Shown piece by piece: positions 19,373 to 29,364 of a stretch of DNA of 64,000 bases; the stretch's first letter is position 1, and each line of letters starts with the position of its first letter. Made by a program: the position numbers and the translations under genes. The notes beneath the pieces were generated by a model. That model saw nothing but the letters and a program-made list of their open reading frames with translations. It had not been told where the DNA came from and did no database searches. Source of the DNA: an uncultured cyanobacterium (lineage in GTDB: Bacteria > Cyanobacteriota > Cyanobacteriia > PCC-9006 > JAAUQQ01); assembly GCA_963718615.1 (NCBI GenBank), contig OY970368.1, positions 1,504,001 through 1,568,000 of the forward strand, in the 5' to 3' direction.

Positions 19373-21247
19373 TTACTGGGATAGGTTATGAGATAAGTCA
19401 TCGAAGAATACAATGCTGTCCGCGACTTGGTCCGGTGTCAGACGAACAGGGGGCTGGGCGGGGAGAACCGTGGGCTGAACGCTGGAGCGGCGCTCAAGAA
19501 GATCCTGGAGATCGCTGGGCACAGGCGGAAGGCCTGGGGTTGTTTCGGAGCGGGGAATGGCAGGGGCTTCCAGAGGAGGAGCGATGGGGATTTCCGGTTC
19601 TGGCGTCGAAGGCTCTGAAGGCAATGAATCTGCCGAGTCCAGTGAATTTTCAGGAAAATTAGAAAAAGGGTCCTCAGAGGAATTCTCAGGAAAATCCTCA
19701 GAAAAGTTCTCAGGAAAATTCTCAGAAACCGCTGAAGCGGAATCTGAAGGGATAGACCAGGCTGGCACGGTTTCTAGGGCGGTTTCTAGCGCTGTTTCTG
19801 GCACGGTTTCTGAAGAAGCCTCTGGAGAAGCCTCTGAAGCGATCGCTGGAGCCGTAACGGGGAAAGAGGACTGACGCAGGAAGGCATCCACGCCCAAGAT
19901 TTCGGCTTCCATGATCGGATGGGCGATCGCCAGAATCTCGGAAGAAATCGGAGGCGCAAGCTCTGGGGGCTGGATGACGGGGCTGGGCGCGATCGCAGTC
20001 TCTTGAATCGGCATCGCGGGACCGGGTAGCGCAGGAACAGATATTTCTGAGAGGGGTGTTTCTGGAAGGGGGGCCGGGATGGGCAAAAGCGGAGTCGAGT
20101 CAACGGCCAAAATTGTTTGGGCAATCTCGTCTGCCTCGGTTGTATCTTGGGCGAGGGCAGTGGCCAGTTCGGCATCGAGTTGGGCCTGATGAGCCTGGTC
20201 TTGCTGGGTTTCGGCAATCAGGGTGGCGAGGGGTTGCTCCACCGGAATTTCAAAGGGGCGAGGCGCGAATCCGGCGGCGATCGCCGCTCCTGCCTGCGCC
20301 AAATCCTGGGCTACGGCCAAGCTCCAAGCGGCATCCTCCGGCCTGTCTAGGGGAGCCTGGGCGAGGGCTTGCGGATTGAGCTGATCCAGTGCAGTCGGAC
20401 GTTGCCGTTCCTGTTCCAGGACCTGCTTGAGGGCATCGGCGCGGCGGCTTTGGTCATGCACAATCGAATCGTAGGTATTGCCTAAACCGGGGGCATCCCA
20501 GCCCTTCAGCGTCGGGTGCCAGTAGGACCAAGTGCGGGCGTAGCGGATTTGGGCATCGGGATCCGTATCGAGCCGTTTAGCTTGGGCCAGGCGATCGATA
20601 TAACCCCAACGGTCTAACGCCGCCAACTCGCTTTGGTTGGCCAAATCCAAGCCATTGAGCAATTCCAAATCGGAAAGCACCAAGCCCCGCTGGCGAGCCT
20701 GGGCCAAAAGTTGATCGTGAAATCGCCTCAAGCGCTCCAATTGACGGCGATCGGCCACCTCGGGCAGTGCTCGACGAGCCGAAACCCAACGTTTGTCGTC
20801 GGAATCCTCTTGGGCATACACCACCGCCTTTTCGCGCGGGTTCAAGTGCTGAAAACTAAAGCTGCCAAAATTATCAGCGGCATTTCCTGGATCGGCGTGC
20901 CAATAATAGGCCGCTGTGCGACCGCCATCCGCTAGACGAGTGCCTTCTGCGGCACCAATGGCGATCGCCACGGGCGAATCCGACCCCTGCTCCCACCAAT
21001 GCAGCGGCAGAGGGGTCTCGGCCTGTTGGGCATATTGGGGAGCAACCCAAACCTGCTGAAAACTAAACCGTGAACGTTCTCCATCCTGCGGCTCTCGGCC
21101 CAACCCAGTCCCGGAGGCGACATCAGGTTCAATCTGCCCCTGCAAGGAAAACAGTCCTGAAAATTTAGCCTGGGCGGGCGGTGCAAAGCTGGTTGCACAG
21201 GCCAAAATGCCACTTGTCCAGCGAATAGTATCCCTGGCAGATTTCAT
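19373..21247 (-). CDS. Secreted hypothetical protein: lysozyme-like N-domain and acidic Pro/Glu/Ser low-complexity tail
   Basis: Signal peptide ending AQA; AIGAAEGTR motif; 12-bp-period repeats encoding SENF/PENF/SEAS. Confidence 0.7.
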   Translation of the reverse strand: MKSARDTIRWTSGILACATSFAPPAQAKFSGLFSLQGQIEPDVASGTGLGREPQDGERSRFSFQQVWVAPQYAQQAETPLPLHWWEQGSDSPVAIAIGAAEGTRLADGGRTAAYYWHADPGNAADNFGSFSFQHLNPREKAVVYAQEDSDDKRWVSARRALPEVADRRQLERLRRFHDQLLAQARQRGLVLSDLELLNGLDLANQSELAALDRWGYIDRLAQAKRLDTDPDAQIRYARTWSYWHPTLKGWDAPGLGNTYDSIVHDQSRRADALKQVLEQERQRPTALDQLNPQALAQAPLDRPEDAAWSLAVAQDLAQAGAAIAAGFAPRPFEIPVEQPLATLIAETQQDQAHQAQLDAELATALAQDTTEADEIAQTILAVDSTPLLPIPAPLPETPLSEISVPALPGPAMPIQETAIAPSPVIQPPELAPPISSEILAIAHPIMEAEILGVDAFLRQSSFPVTAPAIASEASPEASSETVPETALETALETVPAWSIPSDSASAVSENFPENFSEDFPENSSEDPFSNFPENSLDSADSLPSEPSTPEPEIPIAPPLEAPAIPRSETTPGLPPVPSDLQDLLERRSSVQPTVLPAQPPVRLTPDQVADSIVFFDDLSHNLSQ

Positions 21248-21709
21248 CGGTTGAACCTCCTCACCCCCGAACTGGCGATGTCACGGAACGGATACCTGGA
21301 GTGGACTTTAATCAAGTCCGCCTCAAAATAAAGTTAAATCGGATACTACGTGTTTAGAGTTGTTTAAGATTTGAAATATTCTGACAGAGATTGGTTCTGC
21401 CGCAAACCGAGCGCTATGAAATCCTCTCCTGACAAGGATCTTCAGAAGAAGAATCAATCCGAGCTCTAACGATGGGAAGAGGAGGATCCGCGATCCTAGT
21501 CAGTGGCGCTCTAGCTGAACCTAATATTTATTTCTTGGAGTTAAAATGCCATCACATCATTTCGGACGTGGCTCTCCTGGCTTTTACGGACAACAGTGCT
21601 GTCGTAACTCAGGTATCAGACTTTCATATCGATCCCATGGAAGGATAGAACGGTCAAACATAGAATGGTCAGACTATCAAAATAACGATCCAGAATATAG
21701 GCTGATTGT

Positions 21710-22711
21710 ATGAGTAAAAAGAATTCTAGCGCTAGCACGACGAAGCAACCTCAGCGGACGAAAAATTCTGACCGTCAAGAGCCGGATCAAAGCCAGAAAA
21801 GTAGCCTAAAAAGCGACGTTAGCAAAACAAAGAAGTTGGGAAAAAAGCACAAGTCAAAAAAACAGAAAGAGACGAGTCCCACAGCGGCTGAACGGCGAGT
21901 TTTTTACCATATTTCTGAGGCAGAAGGAAGCTCTAAGCTGTCAAGAAAAGCCTATGAAAAAGAGCTAGCTCGGCTGCAGCTTGAACTGGTAAAAATGCAA
22001 TATTGGGCAAAGCATACCGGTGCGCGGATTGTCATTGTGTTTGAAGGACGAGATGCAGCGGGTAAGGGGGGGACGATTAAACGGGTGACTGAACCGCTGA
22101 ACCCACGGGGATGCCGCGTTGTGGCCTTGGGAACGCCGAGCGATCGCGAAAAGACCGAATGGTATTTCCAGCGCTATGTTGCCCATTTGCCTGCCGCTGG
22201 TGAAATTGTTTGCTTTGATCGCAGTTGGTACAACCGGGCAGGCGTCGAGCATGTCATGGGGTTTTGTAGCGAAGTCCAATACCAAGAATTTCTACAAACC
22301 TGTCCCGAATTTGAGCAAATGTTAGTTCGCTCCGGCATTCTGTTGCTGAAATATTGGTTTTCAGTCAGCGATGAGGAACAGGAACGGCGGTTTCAGTCTC
22401 GGATTACGGATCCGGCACGGCGGTGGAAAATTAGCGTGATGGATTTGGAATCTCGCGATCGCTGGGTGGAATATTCCCAAGCGAAGGATACGATGTTTGC
22501 CCACACCAATATCCCGGAAGCCCCCTGGTTTACGGTGGAAGCGGATGACAAAAAACGAGCTCGGCTCAATTGCATTAGCCACATTTTGACCAAGATTCCC
22601 TATGTGGATATGACCCCCGAACCGCTGGACCTAGCCCCCCGCAAAAGCGCTCCCCAGAACTACGTGCGCCCGCCTTTGAATGAGCAGTTTTTTGTTCCTC
22701 AATTGTATTAA
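21710..22711 (+). CDS. ppk2: Polyphosphate kinase 2
   Basis: FEGRDAAGKGG, FDRSWYNRAGVE and DDKKRARLN motifs. Confidence 0.96.
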   Translation: MSKKNSSASTTKQPQRTKNSDRQEPDQSQKSSLKSDVSKTKKLGKKHKSKKQKETSPTAAERRVFYHISEAEGSSKLSRKAYEKELARLQLELVKMQYWAKHTGARIVIVFEGRDAAGKGGTIKRVTEPLNPRGCRVVALGTPSDREKTEWYFQRYVAHLPAAGEIVCFDRSWYNRAGVEHVMGFCSEVQYQEFLQTCPEFEQMLVRSGILLLKYWFSVSDEEQERRFQSRITDPARRWKISVMDLESRDRWVEYSQAKDTMFAHTNIPEAPWFTVEADDKKRARLNCISHILTKIPYVDMTPEPLDLAPRKSAPQNYVRPPLNEQFFVPQLY

Positions 22712-22742
22712 ATCAGCGATTCAATGAGCCCTAACGTAGTGT

Positions 22743-24254
22743 TTATGGCTGCTCGAAAAGCTGAGGATCCAGATAGCTAATGCGGGCGGCTGGACTGAGG
22801 GCGGCTAGGATTTGTTTCCCATAACTGCGGTGCAAAACCCTGGTATCCAGCAATGCTACTAGTCCTTGGGATTCACGGACGGGGGCGATCGCCCGCTGCA
22901 GATTGCTCAGACATTGGGGCAATAAATAATGACGAAACCAGTCTTCCCGCCGCCGTTTGTAATACTCCACCCGTCCGGCCACCAGGGGATGTTCTAGGGT
23001 GGGGAAGGGCAGCGTCGCCATCACGAGCAAACGTGGTGCGGGCAAAACGCTTTGGTGAGTTTGCCAAAAATCCCAGCCGCTAATCAAAATACTGTGGTCG
23101 TCTAAACAGGTGCGTTCGACCTGGACCCGTGAGCCAAATTCTGCTGCCAACGCAGCGGCGACCTGGGATTTGAGCGGCAAGTCATTGACCAGCAGGACCA
23201 CTGGTCCTGGAGCCGTGTCGCTGAGGGTTAGGAGCCGCCGCAGTTCGGTCAGCAAAGCGCCTTGAAATCGAGGGGTATTGGGGAGCGGCAGATGATCGGG
23301 AATATAGAGCTGGACCAGGGACGTTTGTCGGTCTGGAGAGAATTTGACACAGGTTAGGTCGCCCAGGCCCAAATGCTGACGAAACAGTTCCGCATCCGGT
23401 TCTAGGTCTAGGGCTTCTCCCATTAAAACCAGGGGTTGCCGTTGCCAAATCGGAGCCAATAGTGATGCCAGGGCCAGTCCCCGTCCGGCCAAGCTAAACT
23501 GCCCCTGTTCCCGATGGACCTCGGCCCACAGCAACAAATCCGGCTGATCGAGCAAAGCCTGAAGCCTGGACCAAGGCTCCGGTAGGGGAGGCTCGGGAAA
23601 ATCTAGATATTCGTAAAGGCCTGTGAGCAGATGGCGATCGCCCTCCTCCAACCGATAACAGTCGTAGGGATTAGGGGGGCGTTGAAACAGATGGTGGGTG
23701 AGCTGTACCCGCGTTTCGCGAATAATATCGCTGTGGAGCGGACAGGCCAGCATTAGAGTTTCCCAATCCTGGGGTTCGATGCGCAGGGTGCGAATGGTGT
23801 TGACCCAAGACTCTAGGTCATCGGCTCCATCAATCAGCGTGGCAATGCCATCGGGGAAACGGTTTTGCGAGAAGAGGCGATCGCCCAACCAAGCTTCCGG
23901 GGTTGTGAGCAAGAGACCTTGGAAATTGTCCTGGGGCCAGCGATCGCCCTGCTGAATCGACTTGGGCGTGGGCATCCACTGGCGCAGCCGGGGAATTTCA
24001 ATGCGTAGGAGCCGCTGCTGAACCGCTGCGGGAGCCACCAAAATCGCCGGGTCAGGCCACAGCAAGAGCGGCGTCAAATAGCCGAGTCGATAGCTGCGGT
24101 AGCTACGGGTTGGGACCGTCTGAATCAAGGCGCTGCGACCGAGGCGCAGGGCACGAGCCACCAGCCGCGCCAAGGTAAGATGGTGAGGCCAGTGGGACTC
24201 TCCCTGATCCCGCAGAAAGGCCCGCAATTGCTGGTGGACTTCGACTTCTATCAC
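22743..24254 (-). CDS. Cyanobacterial DinG-like helicase C-terminal domain protein
   Basis: WPHHLTLARLVARALRL start; ATLPFPTLEHP...LLDTRVLHRSYG Helicase_C_2-like end. Confidence 0.85.
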   Translation of the reverse strand: MIEVEVHQQLRAFLRDQGESHWPHHLTLARLVARALRLGRSALIQTVPTRSYRSYRLGYLTPLLLWPDPAILVAPAAVQQRLLRIEIPRLRQWMPTPKSIQQGDRWPQDNFQGLLLTTPEAWLGDRLFSQNRFPDGIATLIDGADDLESWVNTIRTLRIEPQDWETLMLACPLHSDIIRETRVQLTHHLFQRPPNPYDCYRLEEGDRHLLTGLYEYLDFPEPPLPEPWSRLQALLDQPDLLLWAEVHREQGQFSLAGRGLALASLLAPIWQRQPLVLMGEALDLEPDAELFRQHLGLGDLTCVKFSPDRQTSLVQLYIPDHLPLPNTPRFQGALLTELRRLLTLSDTAPGPVVLLVNDLPLKSQVAAALAAEFGSRVQVERTCLDDHSILISGWDFWQTHQSVLPAPRLLVMATLPFPTLEHPLVAGRVEYYKRRREDWFRHYLLPQCLSNLQRAIAPVRESQGLVALLDTRVLHRSYGKQILAALSPAARISYLDPQLFEQP

Positions 24255-24377
24255 AACGGAGTTACGCCGATTTTAAGGCACAATTTTTACTCACTTCCCT
24301 ATTAGGATAGCGATTGCACCCCAGTCGGCAAGGATGGGTCTAGGCAGCGATTTGTCTAGGGAGGGGCTTAAACCCGA

Positions 24378-25850
24378 TTAAACTTCAAAGAGATAAAAGC
24401 CCCGCAGAAATTCTCGGGCTTGCTCAGCCTGGATGCGAGCCGTGCGGCGGGCTTCACTGGGGAGACCCACAGACCGGGTAATGGCTCCAGAAATATTGAC
24501 AATGCGTTTGCCAAACTGGGGATGTTGATACAGCGTCAGGCTCTGACCGCTGGAGTTTTGCAGCAGCACCTGAATGGGCGCATCAAAAAAGCCGTTGCCT
24601 GCGGCGTTGGCGGGCATCTGGACGGGCTTCAGCTGACCGACGAGGGGTTGAAGCACCTGGGTGGCCTGGTGAATTGCCTGCTGCTCCTGAGGAGACAAAT
24701 CGTTGAGTCCCTGGAGGGTTTTGAGCAGGGTGACGAGGTTCGTTTGGGCGGCTTTGGCCTCTTTGAAGGGTTGGACCATGAGATAGGCGATCGCCAACAA
24801 ATGATTTTCCTGGGACAGATCAAACGTCAACGTCGTTCGCCGTTGGGAAACCTGGATGCTGGGTGGAAATTGCAACAGCGCAAAGCGTCGCGAAATCTGG
24901 TGATAAAAACTGGCAATCACCACATGGTCATAGGGTTCAAGACAGGCATCCACCAGGACCCGAACCAACGGCAGCGACGGTCGGAAAAAGCATTGGGCCT
25001 GTTCGGGAGAAAGATGGCGGACTTGGCTGCGATCGCCCGTCACGCTCAAATCCACCCATTCACAGACCAGCTCATCGGTTTTGAGGCCAAAGCGAGGTGT
25101 TTCGTGGAGTTTGGCCCCGGTGAGTGTCGCCTGGGTCAAATCCGCCCCGACCCAGTGGACCCGGTTGAGCTGGGTATGGGAGAGATTGGCATGAATCAAG
25201 GAAGTTTCCGACAAAATAGCGTTGCTCAAATCGGCCCCCGTCAGGTCCACCCCACTGAGCCGAGCCCCACTGAGATCCGCCCAGCGTAAATTCGCACCAC
25301 TGAGGTCTGCCCAGCGCAAATTGGCCCCACTCAAATTAGCGCCACTCAAATTGGCCCGTTGAAAGTTGCTGTGGCGCAGCTCGGCAAACCGCAGGTCCGC
25401 GCCGCTCAAGACCGCCTGGGTAAAATCCGCCCCCTTCAAGTTGGCATGTTCCAAATTGGTGGCGATCAGCGAAGCCCGCCGCAGGTCTGCCCCTTCCATT
25501 TGGGCATAGGCCAAACAGGCCTGTTTGAGCTTGGCCTCTCGCAAATCGGCCCCTTGCAAAAAGGCCCCCTGCAAATCAGCCCGCTTAATCCAGGTCTGAA
25601 ACAATTGAGCTTCGGACAAATGGGCATTGACCAACAGCGCATTGGACAAATTGCCCTGGCTAAAATTGGTCTGCTGTAACTGGGCCTGACTCAAATTGGT
25701 GCCGTTAAAATCCGCTCCGCTTAAATTGCGGCCCTGCCAACGCACACCGCGCAGATGGGCTCGAATAAACTGGCGCTCTCCCTGGGCATAGCTATGGAGA
25801 ATCTCTTCACCTAGAACTGCCGGGTCGGTGCTTGGCTGCGCTAAATCCAC
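24378..25850 (-). CDS. Pentapeptide repeat protein
   Basis: YAQGERQF followed by many A(D/N)LxG repeats; GTG 25850 is the likely start. Confidence 0.92.
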   Translation of the reverse strand: MDLAQPSTDPAVLGEEILHSYAQGERQFIRAHLRGVRWQGRNLSGADFNGTNLSQAQLQQTNFSQGNLSNALLVNAHLSEAQLFQTWIKRADLQGAFLQGADLREAKLKQACLAYAQMEGADLRRASLIATNLEHANLKGADFTQAVLSGADLRFAELRHSNFQRANLSGANLSGANLRWADLSGANLRWADLSGARLSGVDLTGADLSNAILSETSLIHANLSHTQLNRVHWVGADLTQATLTGAKLHETPRFGLKTDELVCEWVDLSVTGDRSQVRHLSPEQAQCFFRPSLPLVRVLVDACLEPYDHVVIASFYHQISRRFALLQFPPSIQVSQRRTTLTFDLSQENHLLAIAYLMVQPFKEAKAAQTNLVTLLKTLQGLNDLSPQEQQAIHQATQVLQPLVGQLKPVQMPANAAGNGFFDAPIQVLLQNSSGQSLTLYQHPQFGKRIVNISGAITRSVGLPSEARRTARIQAEQAREFLRGFYLFEV

Positions 25851-26022
25851 AAGTAACCCCTTAAACAACCGTTCACAAAAACAACCGTTCACAAAAACAG
25901 TAGATGGCTGTAGATATCAAACCCCGGTGAATAGGCCCATAATTCCCGCAGCGCAGGTCAAAGCTTGCAGCAAGTTGGTCGAGGGGGGTTTACTGGTTAG
26001 CGGTGGTTTAGCCGCAAATATT

Positions 26023-26865
26023 ATGACTCGGACCGTTGGAATTGTTGGGTTAGGTCTAATTGGAGGGTCCCTGGGGCTAGATTTGCGCCAGCGGGGCTAT
26101 CGGGTTTTGGGGGTCAGTCGTCGGCCCGAGACTTGCGATCGCGCCCAAGCCCGAGGCGCTGTGGATGCCGCCAGCGATGACTGGGCGCTCCTGGCCGCTG
26201 CGGAGGTGATTGTGCTCTGTACACCTCTGGATGTCTTGACCCAAACCGTCGAACAGCTCCGGCCCCATTTGCGGCAAGAGACGGTATTAACCGATGTGGG
26301 TTCGGTCAAGCAGCCGATTGTGTCGGCGATCGCCCCCCTCTGGCCCAATTTTGTCGGCGGTCACCCCATGGCTGGCACCAGCGATCAGGGCATCGAAGCG
26401 GCCCAGTTTCAGCTTTTTGCCCATCGGCCCTATGTCCTGACCCCGACGCCGGAAACCCCCGCCGGGGCGATCGCCCCAGTACAAACCCTGGTCGAAGATC
26501 TCGGGGCCAAGCTCTATCTCTGCGACCCAGCGGAGCACGACCGTGCGGTAGCCTGGATTTCCCATCTGCCGGTCATGGTCAGCACAAGCTTGATCCAAGC
26601 CTGTCGGCAAGAGCCCAGCGCCACCGTGCGGCAGCTAGCCCAACAGCTAGCAAGCTCTGGCTTTCGCGACACCAGCCGAGTCGGCGGCGGCAATTCGGAG
26701 CTGGGTCTCCTGATGGCCCGATATAACCGCACTGCTCTGTTAGACAGCTTGCAAGCCTATCGCACCACCCTTGAGCAGGTGACCGCCAGCATCGAAGCCG
26801 AAGATTGGTCTGCATTGCAAACCCTTTTGGAACAAAGCCATGGCGATCGCCCTCAATTTCTCTAA
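26023..26865 (+). CDS. tyrA: Prephenate/arogenate dehydrogenase
   Basis: GIVGLGLIGGS, TDVGSVK, GGHPMAG, HDRAVAWISHLP and GFRDTSRVG motifs. Confidence 0.94.
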   Translation: MTRTVGIVGLGLIGGSLGLDLRQRGYRVLGVSRRPETCDRAQARGAVDAASDDWALLAAAEVIVLCTPLDVLTQTVEQLRPHLRQETVLTDVGSVKQPIVSAIAPLWPNFVGGHPMAGTSDQGIEAAQFQLFAHRPYVLTPTPETPAGAIAPVQTLVEDLGAKLYLCDPAEHDRAVAWISHLPVMVSTSLIQACRQEPSATVRQLAQQLASSGFRDTSRVGGGNSELGLLMARYNRTALLDSLQAYRTTLEQVTASIEAEDWSALQTLLEQSHGDRPQFL

Positions 26866-27199
26866 TTGCTCCCCACCTGCTCACGGGCTCGGATTATGTG
26901 TTATTTTGAGCACCCAGCAACCGCAGACAGCGATTCAATCTTGCAGGGGTCAATTTTGAAAACGTCAATCTGAAAGGGCCAAATGACCCATTGGCAAACG
27001 ATTGAAGTCCGGTACGCTGAATAAGAGGAGCGGAAAAGACTAGAGAACAGGAAAAGTCAGGTTATAAAAGAGGGGTTTATTTCTAATCTCGCCCTTAGAT
27101 CGATTTACCCTTATCGTCCCTTGGCCGTCCCGTTCTGCCGTCCCGTTGCGTTCTATCCAGCGTTATGCGCGCCCTCTCTCAGCGGTTTCCAGTGACTCC

Positions 27200-29326
27200 A
27201 TGACCCTGAACCAGCCCCTTAACCCTAATTCATCTTCCCGCCCGGCCAGAAAATCCGGTAAGCGTCCCCTATTTTCTGGAAAACGGAGCGCAGAACCTGA
27301 GGGAAAAGCCGCCGCGATCGCAGATCCCATTCATTCAAAAACCGATCGTCGTCAACCCCAGTCCCCTCAGCCGCAGCGCTCGGGGCGAGGGTCAGACCGC
27401 CGCCCAAGCCTTGGCACGCGGTTGTTGTTAAGTTGGCAGCTTTGGATTTTGCTGGCGATGGGTTGTGTGGGAACCACAGGTTCCTTGGCGGTTCTGTCGC
27501 TGTTGCGCTTGCCCCAGGCTTGGGAATGTCCTCGGGTCTTTTGGCCGCTGGCGTCGGCGTCGCTGCGGGTCTACTGTGCCCAAGCGGCAGCAGATCAACA
27601 TACCCACCGGGGCCTGCTGGATGCCATTACGTTGGTAGAGCCGCTGCCTGAAAATCATCCCCTGCGTCCGATGGTGGATCGCAATCTGCGCCGCTGGTCC
27701 TTGGAGCTCATGGATGTCACCGAGCAATTGTTTCAAGACGGCAATCTCTCGGATGCCTTAGCGACTGCCGATAAGATTCCCTACAAATACCTACCCTGTA
27801 ATGATACGGAATGCCCCAAAGAGGTGATGGAGCGCCGTAAGAAACGCTGGAAAAAAGTATGGGAACAGGCGGAGAAAATTTTTCAAGATGCTGAAAAATC
27901 CCTCATCAATCAAAAATGGACCGAGGCGTCTGAAATTGCGGCGGAATTGTTGTCGATTGAAAACCGCTACTGGCGAACGACCAAGTACGAAGAGCTGAGC
28001 AGCCAAATTCAAGAGGTTCGAGGCACCAATAGCGTTCTGGCAAAGGCTCGTCAATTGGCCGAGAAAGGGGATGTGGAGAATATTCTCCAGGCCATTAAAC
28101 TAGTCTCTACCATTCCGGCCAGTAGCCGCCTCTATCCGGTGGCCAAGGGGTCGCTGTCGCGGTTTGGGCGTCAGCTCATGGATTTGGCTGAGCAGGCGCT
28201 CGATAGCCAGGATTTATCGGAAGCGCTTTCGATCGTCGACCAGATCCCCGAACAGGCCAACCTCAAGAAAGAAATTAAGGATTTCAAACTATTGGCCCGT
28301 GCCCAGGCTCGGACCTGGAGCGGTTATATTCCCGATCTCCAGGCGGCGATCGCCGATGTCAAGCTCATCAGTATCGATCGCCCACTCTACAGCAAGGCCC
28401 AGCAACTCATCGTTCGCTGGCAAACCGAAATTGAAGACATTACCCGGTTAGATAAGGCTCAAAAACTGGCGTCTGAAGGTAGTATCCCGAGCCTGATAAC
28501 GGCGATTTCCGAAGTATCGCTGATTCCCAAGACCAATCCCCGCTGGGATGAGGCCCAGCGCTTAATTAATCAATGGTCCAGCACGATTCAGACCCAGGAG
28601 GATAGTCCGTTCCTCGACCGGGCAGAGCGTCTCTCCCAAGGGGCCAGCATCGAAGCCTATCAGGCGGCGATCGCCGAGGCCAGCCGCATCGGCAAGGGCC
28701 GAGCCCTCTATGACCAAGCCCAAGGCCGGATTAGCGATTGGCGTGACAAGCTAGAGTGGCTCCAGGATCAGCCCTTCTTGGCCCAGGCGCGAGCGCTGGC
28801 GGCTGCGGGCAATTTGCAGGGGGCGATCGCCACCGCGCAACAAATTGGGTCTGGACGCCGCCTCTACGGGGAAGCTCAAGATGCGATTGGGGGCTGGCAA
28901 AGTCAGGTCGATTCCCAGGGGAGTTTGGCCAAAGCCCGCCAATATGCCCAGGACCGCGATAACCCCGATGCCCTGCTCCAAGCGATTAAGACTGCCGATC
29001 GTGTGCCGACATCGAGTAGTCTGCGCTATGACGCGGATCTCGACATCGAAACCTGGAGCAATCGAATTTTGCAAATTGCAATTAGTCGGGCGGATTCTGA
29101 CCTCTACAGCGCCATTGACATTGCCCAGCTCATTCCCTCCTGGACCGGGGCCTACGGAGCCGCTCAGTCTCGGATTTCCGGCTGGCAGGAGCTGTTACAG
29201 CCGGTGATTCCCCCTGAGCCGGTTTACGAAGCACCCATCCCTGCCCCGCCCCCTGCACCCGTGGAAGAAGAACCTGCACCTGTGCTGGAACCGCTGCTGG
29301 ACGAGGCTCCTGCGACTAATCCTTAA
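27200..29326 (+). CDS. Membrane-anchored helical-repeat protein (often annotated 'chromosome segregation ATPase')
   Basis: TM helix, then CPRVFWPLASASLRVYCAQ and repeated AI..A..I....LY..AQ..I..W units; no Walker motif seen. Confidence 0.8.
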   Translation: MTLNQPLNPNSSSRPARKSGKRPLFSGKRSAEPEGKAAAIADPIHSKTDRRQPQSPQPQRSGRGSDRRPSLGTRLLLSWQLWILLAMGCVGTTGSLAVLSLLRLPQAWECPRVFWPLASASLRVYCAQAAADQHTHRGLLDAITLVEPLPENHPLRPMVDRNLRRWSLELMDVTEQLFQDGNLSDALATADKIPYKYLPCNDTECPKEVMERRKKRWKKVWEQAEKIFQDAEKSLINQKWTEASEIAAELLSIENRYWRTTKYEELSSQIQEVRGTNSVLAKARQLAEKGDVENILQAIKLVSTIPASSRLYPVAKGSLSRFGRQLMDLAEQALDSQDLSEALSIVDQIPEQANLKKEIKDFKLLARAQARTWSGYIPDLQAAIADVKLISIDRPLYSKAQQLIVRWQTEIEDITRLDKAQKLASEGSIPSLITAISEVSLIPKTNPRWDEAQRLINQWSSTIQTQEDSPFLDRAERLSQGASIEAYQAAIAEASRIGKGRALYDQAQGRISDWRDKLEWLQDQPFLAQARALAAAGNLQGAIATAQQIGSGRRLYGEAQDAIGGWQSQVDSQGSLAKARQYAQDRDNPDALLQAIKTADRVPTSSSLRYDADLDIETWSNRILQIAISRADSDLYSAIDIAQLIPSWTGAYGAAQSRISGWQELLQPVIPPEPVYEAPIPAPPPAPVEEEPAPVLEPLLDEAPATNP

Positions 29327-29364
29327 AGTTCAGGCAAGGACCAAGGATTTAAGGGGGAGAGGAT

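Noticed and set aside
21303-21319. Inverted repeat GGACTT-N5-AAGTCC upstream of the secreted protein gene
   Set aside because: Only 6-bp arms; no riboswitch or known operator recognised.
25100-25750. 15/30-bp periodicity
   Set aside because: Explained by pentapeptide repeats.
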